A stretch of DNA of 64,000 nt from positions 11,966,001-12,030,000 of the forward strand of contig CM119384.1 in assembly GCA_051294905.1 (NCBI GenBank), read 5' to 3'. Position numbers and translations under genes: made by a program. This DNA is from Botryllus schlosseri. Its lineage: Eukaryota. Below, piece by piece: positions 50,235 through 60,700 of the stretch (position 1 is the stretch's first letter; the number at the start of each line of letters is the position of its first letter). A model generated the notes under the pieces. That model worked only from the letters and a program-made list of their open reading frames with translations. It made no database searches and had not been told where the DNA came from.

Positions 50235-51130
50235 CATCATCATCATCATTGGTTTATTAGCAATTTTATCAGTTCAATACACCACAAAAAATGCGATACA
50301 ATGAAAAGAAAGGAAGATGTCGAAGCGACTAGGAGTTGTCTATGGAATCGGACACCCACCTTGGCCTAGGCGATGTAAAGAGGAGGCATGCACACTGAAT
50401 GAAAGTAAAGAAGATAGTACAGAAAAAGGAAGCGACAAGAAATAGGGCGGCATGTCATGGCCTCATGGGAAGCGAGATCGATAGGTCAGTCGTGGTCCGG
50501 TAATCTTGAGGATGTACTGTATTTATTCAGTTGTAATTGCTTGTATTTCGACTTGAATGTGGACAACTGGACATGCTCGTCGACTGCCTGATTGCCGGCG
50601 AGATACTGTTCCACACATCAGGTCCGGCATATTTGATAGAGCGATGATCTTTTCGGTCGATCATATGATATTTGGACGACGTGGACGCGCGTGTGTTGTA
50701 CTTGTGCGCTTTTGATTCAGAGGTAAAGAAGTCATTGAAGTATTCGGGGCAACGACCGCAGTGAAACTGATACATAAACTTGGCGATTTCTAGTTTCCGC
50801 ATATCTTCTATGTTTAGGACGCCGAATCTCTTCAGCAGCGACTTATTGGATGGGCAGCCAGGCCCCTTTTGGGCCCTAGCTATGATTCGGAGTACTTTAT
50901 GCTTTAGTTTCTGCAGTGGCTTGAGTGCAGTTTTACTGGCAGCCCCCCAACAGAGGATGCCACAATGTAACTTCGATTGGATTAAGGATTTAAAGAGTAT
51001 CAGAAGAACCCATGCTGGCATGAAGCGCCCAAGGCTGTAGAACAGGCCGCACTTCGGTGATAATTTAGTTTCTAGGGACTGAATATGACTCTTCCAGGAC
51101 ATGTTCGAGTCCAGTAAAATCCCCAGATAT
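50235..51130 (-). mobile_element. 5'-truncated CR1/L2-group LINE (RT C-terminus, 3' UTR, (ATG)n tail) inserted in the left arm
   Basis: YLGILLDSNMSWKSHI...LIQSKLHCGILCWG...YAGPDVWNSISPAIR; tail reads (CAT)5 on +; absent from the right arm. Confidence 0.92.
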
Positions 51131-52464
51131 TTGCCGACTATGCCGCTCGGGGGCCGAAACTAGGATACTGTAATGACTCAAGGATTTTTGGTGACTCGAC
51201 TCGACTTGAATCAATCTTGGTATTGACTTGACCTGCACCCGGCTACTCAAGTACTTCGACTATCTCGCTACATACTACGCGATTCTTGACGGGAAGACCT
51301 GAAGATTGCATGGCCACAAACGCAAATTATTTATAACTAATCATATTATTTACATTATTAGGCCTGTTGAATTCAATAAACGTCGAAGTCTTTATACATT
51401 CCAGTGTTAGATTTGCTATGAAAATGGAAGTATTTTGTTTTTCATTTCATTGACATGATAACGACATCAATATCCCGACCGTTTTACCAGGATGCTGTGC
51501 GTCTATTGAGCACGTAACTCCAAACGCTCTAACGGTAGTTATCGTGACGGTTTCCGCCTGTACGACTCTTATCCTCCTGAAATCACGTTTCAAGATTTTC
51601 CGAACATTCTCAATTGATACAAACGTTGGGGTGATATACCATTGCTTATGGACAAGCAGAAATCCAGCGAATTGCGGATGACGATAGGTATTCTTGCCGA
51701 TCTTTGTCAGATAACCCTATCCTACCGCCGGGCATGATGGTCAATAGCAATTGGTGATGTTTGATCTGTTGACGAATGTTGAAACAGACAAACAGGTGAA
51801 CCCACTTCGTGATTCTGAAAGGTCCTCTTTGATCCCGATCCGGGACCGAACTCGAAAACTATATGATTCAGTCCATTTAGGGATACCCTACTCCTACTAT
51901 TGCAGAGAAGATTACGATTATGACGATACTGTAGGGTGATCGATTCAGGAGACTCTCTGACTGGTGGTTATCCAACTCAATATTAAAGAAATATTGTTAT
52001 GCGGATGCGCCAATTGGTAGCACATAATCAACCGTTTATAATGGACTTATTCGTTTATATGATGTACCGCTGGAGATGACCGGAATACCGACGTTCGAAA
52101 TGTATTTAACCAAATCATATCAGATATTTTTGATTTGACTCACAGCAGTTAGGTTTAAATTAGGTTATAATTAGGGCGATTTTTTTTTGACATGTCAAAA
52201 TAAGGTCAAAATTCTAGCGTTTGGCCAAAAAATGTCAAAATTGTTTACAAAGACAAGATTTTTTTGCAACCTGCATTTCATTTGTATCGTAGACTTATTT
52301 GCACAATCGGTGAACTTATAATTTGACATTTTACAGCTTGTAGCCTACTTTATAGGCCTACCGTTGCAGACAGCGCATTGTCTGCTCACTGTGAATCATA
52401 AACAGTCAAATGAAATAAATAGGTTGACACGATGTTATGCTCAACGTACCGCAATATCCTAAGT

Positions 52465-52650
52465 CAGTGGTTCTCAACCTGGGGGGCGCACCCCCCTTAG
52501 GGGGGTGAAACATCTGAAGGGGGCGCGAAGAAGCTGTCAACTGAAAAACGAATATAAAAAATCACGATTCGGTTATCAAATATCTTGCAAATTTAGAGGC
52601 TTCGCGGACCCCCTGGAAATGCTTCGCGGACGCCCGGTTGAGAACCACTG
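52465..52650. mobile_element. Short Charlie-like hAT MITE (186 bp) inside the Foldback element
   Basis: TIR CAGTGGTTCTCAACC...GGTTGAGAACCACTG; degenerate TSD TCCTAAGT/TTCTAAAC. Confidence 0.85.
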
Positions 52651-53639
52651 TTCTAAACGTTATGTTTTAGCATTAGCGGATATCAATTAGGCTAGGCCTA
52701 CCCCAATTACGGTTTGAGGCGAACCGCGCAGATTCGATGTTATTCAGTTTCAAGATGTCACTCAACTTATTCAACGGTAGAGTTGATGGAGAGGGCAAGT
52801 GAATGACGTGTCCACGGCCGCACAAATTTCCTTCTATGACCGCTGGTTGGCCACCCCTGGTTTACATGAATGTCATGGCGAGGAGGAGCCTAGATAAACC
52901 TCCAAAACATTAGGTAGGAATAGCAAGAAGTCTAGATAAACCTGCAACACTTAGGTAGGAATTCTGGAGCCAACCTCGGTCAGCCCCCCTCTGTGTAGGA
53001 GTATGGATGATATGGAAATTTCAAATCAAGTACCTTCCCAAGTGAATAGTATATTGATATTAAAATGAACCCGAATATTTTCAGCTGACACTCGTCATTT
53101 TGATAAAAGTTGGCCTCTACCGTCAACACGATATCTTTCGTCTTCTCGCGCTCACAACAGTCAAATGCCATAAACATTTGTTAGATAATCTTGCTTGCTC
53201 GAAAAATAATCGAGGTGACAGGTTTCTTGTATTCGGGAGACGCAGTCCACACTTCATTTGGGGGCCTTGGAGTCAAATGATAAGTTCACAGACAGAGCAC
53301 TATCTGACACCAATGGAATGCGAAATAGTGTACAGCGTACCTACGCCCGGTCGTGTATTTTCCTCGCGAATCCTACACTGGAATATATAAAGACTTCGAC
53401 GTTCATTCAATTCAACGTATAGGCCTAATAATGTATATAATATTAGATATAAATAATTTGCGTTTGTGGTCATGCAATCTTCAGGTCTTCCCGTCAAGAA
53501 TCGCGTAGTATGTAGCGAGATAGTCGAAGTACTTGAGTAGCCGAGTGCAGGTCAAGTCAATACCAAGATCGATTCAAGTCGAGTCAAGTCACCAAAAATC
53601 CTTACTCGAGTCATTACAGTATCCTAGTTTCGGCCCCCG

Positions 53640-53872
53640 AGCGGCATCGTCGGCAATGTCGGCAATGGCGGCATTGTCGGCAATGTCGGCATTGGCGACA
53701 TTGGTGACATAGCCGACATTGGTGACATTGGCGACATTGCCGACATTGGTGACATTGGCGACATTGGTGACATTGGTGACATTGGCGACATTGGCGACAT
53801 TGACAAAATAGATAGACTTCGACATTGGCGACATTGGTGACATTGGTGACATTGGCGACATTGGCGACATGT
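53640..53872 (-). repeat. 9-nt satellite in the right arm
   Basis: Reverse complement of the left array, including the same GTCTATCTATTTTGTC interruption. Confidence 0.95.
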
Positions 53873-54127
53873 ACAAATCAAAGACACCCCCCGCGAACTG
53901 AGAGCCAGCGGTGTATGTATTATTTATCTATTGATGAAGTATATTTTGCTATCGAAATCATGAAATAAGGAAGCAGTTGCGAATAGCGTAATCATATTTC
54001 ATTATTAATCAAAAGTTTAGTCAGTGGAGGGTGAACGCGAGAAAGAGTTGATACCGTACGGTATCGCTTCCGCGTTATACCGATATAGGTCCGGTCCGCC
54101 TGTATGGAATCGGTGTCCTGTCCTCAC

Positions 54128-55486
54128 CAGAGTTGGATCAATTGTAATTTGTAATGTAATTGAATGTAATTAATTACATATTTCAATGTAATTGTAATGT
54201 AATTGTAATTGAAGCATTTTTATTTTGTGTAATTGTAATTGTAATTTGACAAAAATTTTGCTCAATTACAATTTAATTACATTAAATTGCTATTGAGACC
54301 TGACAAGCACAACATAAAATAATTTTTTTTACCGCTATGCTGGCCTCGGCTGCCATTGTATACAATTATTAGATTACTAACCAACGGATGGATTCGCAAC
54401 ACGTGACTCACGATTGAATACGCCGAGAAGCGAACTGCTGAGCCGGCTAAAAGCAGCAGGATTGATAGTCCCATAGCTAACGATCCAAGCGTCGAAATTT
54501 GATATGTATGGTCCTAATCGAAAGCTAGTGTCGCACAGTTTCCGCAATAAAAGTATATTTCCAGGCAATGGTACCATCCCAAAATAGTCGTGAAAGTCTG
54601 GGAATCGGCATTGTTCTGAACAATCGCTGGGAGCAATTGGTCATTGTTGTGGTCATGCTGCTGCGGCGCTCTCACTTTTCAGAACAGTCGGCCTTAAACG
54701 GCTATTTTGGAGCAGTTACATTGCCCTGACGAGATTTTAATTTGTATTTTCGGAATTAGTGCATCAATAGCTTACGATAAAGACCAGATGCATCAAATTT
54801 GGACGCCTGAATCGCCAGCTCTAGGACTATAAAGTTTGCTGCTTTTAGCCGGCTCTGCAGTACGTTTGTCGGTGCATTCATCCGTTGCTCACATCTTGCG
54901 CATCTATCCGTGGGTTGGCAATCTACAATACGATTTCAGATCACGATGATGCATCGTTACTTCGTCTGTCCAACTAACCAGACCACTTGATATTATATAA
55001 CGTCTTATCTGACAAAGCACGGTTTTGTTTTCACCCCTCATCCTAATTCCTACGTCCCTCGATAAAAATAATATTATTTCTTTAATTATATATTATATAC
55101 GCAAATCCAACCCGTGCATGATTACAATACTTTTTTCAACGACATACTGCATACTGGAATAGTTCGAAAACGTTTTTCTTTTATTAATTACCGGGTATTT
55201 GCGTATCATGAATGAAACATGAATACTTGAATTGTTGTTAATTACGACGCTACGGTTGTCAAGGAGCACGGTTGAATTTATCATTATTCAATTACATGTT
55301 CAACAGTTGTAACAACAATTGTAATTGTAATTGTAATGTAATTGAGACATGCAAGGAGTAATTGTAATTGTAATTTGATATTTTTAGCATGGAGTAATTG
55401 TAATTGTAATGTAATTATAACATGCATGAAAGTAATTATAATTGTAATTGTAATTGAACTGAAATAATGTAATTGATCCAACTCTG
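54128..55486. mobile_element. Non-autonomous hAT with (TAATTG)n subterminal arrays (1359 bp)
   Basis: TIR CAGAGTTGGATCAATT; perfect TSD GTCCTCAC (54120-54127, 55487-55494). Confidence 0.92.
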
Positions 55487-55989
55487 GTCCTCACACTATG
55501 TTTTTTATTTATTAAATTACTTAACATGGAGAATCATCTCTGCTCACCTGATATATCAGGCAAAACGTACCGATATTCCAGTAGGGCGGCGGTCCGTAGG
55601 ATCCAGATACAACATAATAATAACAAAACGCGATACTGGTAACGTCCCCGTACCATAACCACTAATTTTGAAGCTAACCTAACCCATAACCGCTGACCCG
55701 AACCTTTAATCCGAATACATTAATACAGGGTTGTTGTAACCAAGTCGCTATAGGTTCCGAGTCACAAGTCAATCTCACTTTTTTAATTTTGACTCGATTC
55801 AAGTCAATTCATGTTTAATTCACCACCGCGTCAAGTCCGAGTCCAAGACAGTGAGTAAAAGGTGAGTCGTAGTCTTGTGGTTCGAGTCCAGGTCATTGTG
55901 CTCACTACAGTGTTCAGTGTCGAGTTCAATCCGGTTTAATCAACATTTTTCAACTCTGCTCGATTGATATAAAATGGCTCGCATTCATA

Positions 55990-56151
55990 TTATCATCATC
56001 ATCATTGGTTTATTAGCAATTTGATCAGTTCAATACACCACAAAAAATGCGATACAATGAAAAGACAGGAAGATATCGAAGCGACTTGGAGTAGTCTATG
56101 GAATCAGACACCCACCTTGGCCTAGACGATGTAAAGAGGAGGCATGCACAC
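55990..56151 (-). mobile_element. LINE 3'-UTR fragment with (ATG)n tail
   Basis: Near-identical to 50238-50398. Confidence 0.85.
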
Positions 56152-56769
56152 TAGGGCTGTTCAGAAAAAACCTTTTTTCCAAAATCTTGCTGGCTACGTG
56201 TCTAAATCGTTAGGTTGCCTAAAAAAACGACACACACCAAATTTGAATTCATTCCAACCAATAACCGCAGGTTTTGTAGAGTTTGAAAATTTTGAGTTTA
56301 CCCAAAAATGCAAAAGATTTTTTTTTCAAATTTTTCTGTCAATCCCATGAAATTGTTGCGCTGTCTTCAAAAACGATGCAAAACAAATCTGACTCAATTC
56401 CAACCCGTAGAAGTGGAGTTATTTCAGTTTTTTGATGATGATTCTTTGATTATCCACCGATCTAGGATAATCCCCGATTTATCAAAGAAAAACTCAAATA
56501 ACTCAGCTTCTACGGCTTGGTATTGAGTCAAATTTGCTTTGCATCGTTTTTGAAGACAGCGCAACAATTTCATGGGGTTGACAGAATAATTTGAAAAAAA
56601 AATTTTTTGCAGTTTTGGGTAAACTCAAAATTTTCTAACTCTACGAAACCCGCGATTATTGGTTGGAATGAATTCAAATATGATGTGCGTCGTTTTTTAA
56701 GGCAACCTAACGATTTAGTCACGTAGCCAGCAAGATTTGGGAAAAAAAGTTTTTTTTTGAACAGCCCTA
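56152..56769. mobile_element. Palindromic hAT-like MITE (618 bp)
   Basis: TIR TAGGGCTGTTCA; whole element folds back; TSD ATGCACAC/ATACACAC (7/8). Confidence 0.88.
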
Positions 56770-57759
56770 ATACACACTAATAATATAGTAATTGTCCTTA
56801 GTCCTAACAGTTTCTGGCTAAATTTTCAAAGTTTCAGGACTGATAGACGAAATACCAATAATGTGGTGACTTTACTACTTCGAATTTGCAATGAAATGTC
56901 TGTCTTGGCCGTCCCAGTCTCGAGCATGTCCAGTCCACATTATCACAACAAATCGAAATACAAGCAATTTCTACTGATTCAATGCTTGTGTGCCCTCAAG
57001 ATTACTGGACCACAATCTGACATATCGACCTTCACTTGCACATGCAGCATTCAGTTTTGTCGCTTTCATGATATCCTTTTTTTTATCCAGTGTGCATGCC
57101 TCTTATTTATGTTCTGTAGCCTAGGCCACGGTGGGTATTCATTTCTGAATTTGTTAATGCAATATTTATGCATCGAAGTTATAAGTGCCAAGTTCACTGG
57201 TAACTATAAGGCTGAGCAAAATCGAGTACCGGTACCTGAGTGATCCGATTCTGAATCACGTATTGCGCTTCGAGTCGAGTATTCGGGTATCACTCATTAT
57301 GACGTCACACCAGAATGTAGCTGATTATTTATCAAGATTCCTTGATAGATAAATGAATAAATACTCATGTGTCATATCATGCTGGGACTTTGTCCTTGGT
57401 TTAAATCGTTGAACCTTTCTGGTACTCCAATTAAATGTTTGTCATGACCCTACTCGATATTCCTGTTGTACGACAGGAGGCTCACTCCACTGCCGGATAT
57501 TCTATCCTGCTCTTTGGATAACGCCTATAGATCAACCAAAATTCATAGATTTTTCAGAATAGCACCAATGTAACATACGTGGTGACTGGACCTAGATGAC
57601 ATGATAACCTTTCTTTTAGTCATGCGACGAGAACCCTTCAGCATGTTTTGCCTTCATTTAAGTGTTAGCAATATATAGCCACGGTTACACTGATTCCATG
57701 CTGGGTTTTGCTCAATGCATATATAAAACTACTGTGTCTAATTTCAGTGTTAGTTCATA

Positions 57760-60700
57760 ATGGAATCAGACATGCTCAATGTGTTAGAAGTTCATAAAGA
57801 AGCTACTTCATCGTTCCGCACTGGTGACTCTCTGAGGGTGTCGAGTATAGTGAAATCCTTGTGTCGCGACACCGAGCCCGCACATACACTGGATTATTTC
57901 ATGCAGTTCTTCATGCAATGTGGGGACTTAAAGAGTAACAAATGTCTGGCAGCTGTCGCCGCAAAAGAACTTAGTAAATGGCATTCCTCGCAAAATCAGG
58001 AATATCATGTTTCAGAGGAAACCAAAAGAGCGTTGATGGATATAATAATGCCCGCACACTCGTCAATTGCGTCTGTAATTGTGGAAGTGTATAAAATGAA
58101 TAAGGCACCTAATGATTTTTTGAAGCCTTATGTCGAGAACTTGATCAGCCGTGAACGTTTGAAAGAAGCAACTTCGCTGGCCTTCAAACTTGGTCTTCAA
58201 GAGCATTTCAGCCTGTACGATCTCGCCATGCCTATGCTGGTTCAAAACAAACTGAATTTAGTTGAAGATTACCTCGCCGGTTGTAAGTCTCAACAATTGG
58301 AGATGATATCTGTTTTAGATACCTTTCTACAGCCCAATTTCGACATCATAGAGTTTTTAAAAGAAAAAAACATATTCCAAGTGCAAATGGAAATACTGCA
58401 AATCAAATTCTTTCCAAAACTACTAACGAGATGGGTGAAACTGTATTGCGGAATCGAAGACATTTTCTCCGAAGAAGCACAAAAAATATGCCCCAACCTG
58501 CGAGTGCATAAGTCGGTCTCCAATCTCAAATATCTTCTCTACCGGCATTATGTTGAGGAGAAGTCAACCGTGGAGGTTACGCAAGAGCTCATCATCAAAG
58601 CAGTATCCGGCGATAAATATCTTCAGCAGCAACTGATCGATATGCTGGTGAGCGTTTACAGAGACATGGAAAGCGCTGATCAGTGGGCGAAATTTTACGA
58701 TGTACAACACAACGAAGTGGACGAACACAGGTCCAACGTTAAAAAAGCGGCGGTATCGGTAGAGGAGGACGATTGGGAATCAGAGCCAAATCTGATGTTC
58801 AACTCTGAAAATCCTGTTCGCGAATTGAACGACTGGTACGAGTTGAACTTGCCGCTCGATAAGATCTCCATTGTGGGGACTCGAGAAGAAGTAATCTCAA
58901 TGAAAACGGAGATTTTCAATAGCGAAGTGATAGGAATCGATTGTGAGTGGGTACCTGATTTCGCGAGATCTACCGATTCGTCACTAGCGTTGATGCAGAT
59001 AGCTACATTCAGTCGCGTTTTCCTCGTTGACATACACTGTATATCACGCTCTCTTGTTGATGCAAATGTGTTCTGCGATGTGCTCTCCGAAATATTTATG
59101 GCCGGCGGTATTTTGAAGATCGGGTACGGGATTCGTGAAGACTTGAAGAAGCTGTCTGGCACGTTTCCGGTATTAACGAAAATTGTCGCCAACCCAAACC
59201 GAGTCATCGATCTCTTTACGTCGGTGCAGGCTTTGGAGAGGCACCATCCTGATATATTGGACGTAAAGAATGATAATTCGGACCAAGGCGCCGACAATGT
59301 ACCGTGTGCGAGAAAGGAAACGGGTCTCAGCAAGCTAACTCACCAATGTCTCGGTAAACCGCTGAACAAAGCGGAACAGATGTCCGATTGGGGACGGCGT
59401 CCTTTGAGACAGTCGCAGATAATATATGCTGCGCTGGATGCCTATGTGCTGTTGGAGCTGTATAATTCTATTCACGGAAAAATGAAACTGGCTGACATTG
59501 ATGACTCGTTGGAAACTATCGTCAAAGCAAGGCCTGTTCGAAAAAAGCGAGAGAAGCCTAGTAAAGTCTCTGTTGGTCAGGGAGCGACCCACGAACCCTG
59601 TGTACCACCGAGACAGCAGATTACGCCGCATCAGTTCAAAGTCGTTTGCGATAACATGCTGGAAGGACTCGGGAGGCAGTTGAGATCTTGCGGGGCCGAT
59701 GTAAAAATCTTGACCGCGTCAAATTCTCACGAGAGCGCGGCTGAAATAGCGAACAAAGACGGTAGGATTATTCTGACGAGCGGCGCGCCTTACCAGTATT
59801 TGTCGTCTCAAGTACCGGTCGGTAATTGCATGAACGTAGCCAGCGGGCTGAAAGCGAAAGCTCAGGCCGCGGCTGTGTTGGAGCGGTATAACGTCAAGGT
59901 GACTCCGCAGGATATATTCAGCCGGTGTCAGGTGTGCAACGGCTACAGGTACCTGAAAGTAGGCCCGGATTTGATGAAGCGTTGCATCGCGAAAAAGCGG
60001 AAAACATCCAACGTCTGGCAGCCGGTTCGGAGCTCCGGATTGATTTCGTTGCAGCATTTTAACGCAAATGAGCGCGATAATGTGAGGCGATCGTTTGGTC
60101 GCGGGAGGAGTATGAAAGTGAAAAACGTCGGCAATCCGTCGGTGGCTAATTTTATAGGTATCGGACGGGGCCGCGCAATGAGAGCCCCACCCAAAAACGG
60201 CCACGATTTCGGACATTCGTCCAAAAAACCAGCGAAAATTTTAGTCCACTCCGACGACGATATTGATGACATATTGGTGACGGACAAGTCTAGTCCATCC
60301 GGTGCCTCCGAAGACTTGATTTTTGTACCGATTTCCTCTCAGCTGCCCAAAGAACCTGATTCTATGCGTCATGACCCGAGTCAAACTGATGACATGTGCG
60401 GCATTCCGGATGAGAACGATCAAGGATATTCCCGTCGTTCCGAAATTTTTGGATCAAAAATCGCGGAAGCTTCAGCGAGGAAAGATAGCTCCATGCCTTA
60501 CATCATCAATCCCGACTGCATCTGTACCGAAGGTTTTGTCGACGTGGCCAGCGTCAGTATCGTATCGTCGAACGACGTGTCGGGAAAAAGCAGCTCGACC
60601 GATCCGTTGGTGACTCCGTTGCTTTGCGAGCAAGTTCCGCCGCCGGTGCTCGGTAACGTGAAGGTGTTCTACTGTTGCGTCGATTGCGGCAAGGTGTACT

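Larger units (their letters stand above)
49959..53889. mobile_element. Foldback/Mutator(MULE)-like element, 3931 bp, non-autonomous
   Basis: Perfect 9-bp TSD CCCGCGAAC (49950-49958, 53890-53898); termini GGGTGTCTTTGATTTGTACATG; long inverted arms (49959-50234 plus 51131-~51425 vs ~53355-53889) containing 9-nt tandem arrays. Confidence 0.9.
55726..56930 (-). mobile_element. GACTC-rich hAT MITE, copy 6 (reverse), split by two nested insertions
   Basis: 55726-55990 and 56778-56930 are contiguous in the family consensus. Confidence 0.8.

Noticed and set aside
49945-50304. ORFs with CRQCHQ / MSPMSP / NVTNVA tripeptide repeats (also 53589-53887), suggestive of metallothionein-like, antifreeze-like or de novo repeat proteins
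   Set aside because: A stop-free 9-nt satellite is open in several frames automatically. The listed starts are TTG/GTG, and the arrays are the mirrored arms of a transposon. There is no independent coding evidence.
50527-51102. 191-aa ORF as a host gene
   Set aside because: It is the C-terminal RT region of a 5'-truncated LINE with a frameshifted end.
54600-54730. Hint of a hAT transposase C-terminus (NSRLRPTVL) on the minus strand
   Set aside because: The flanking ERxFS motif is not found and the similarity is too weak.
55670-55705. Telomere-like TAACC(C)T motifs (also about 2175 and 52150)
   Set aside because: Too short and irregular; typical of MITE subterminal sequence.
57300-57307. 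TGACGTCA (CRE) upstream of EXD3
   Set aside because: The same octamer occurs at about 17330, 25100 and 29300, in or near repeat fragments; no specific support.
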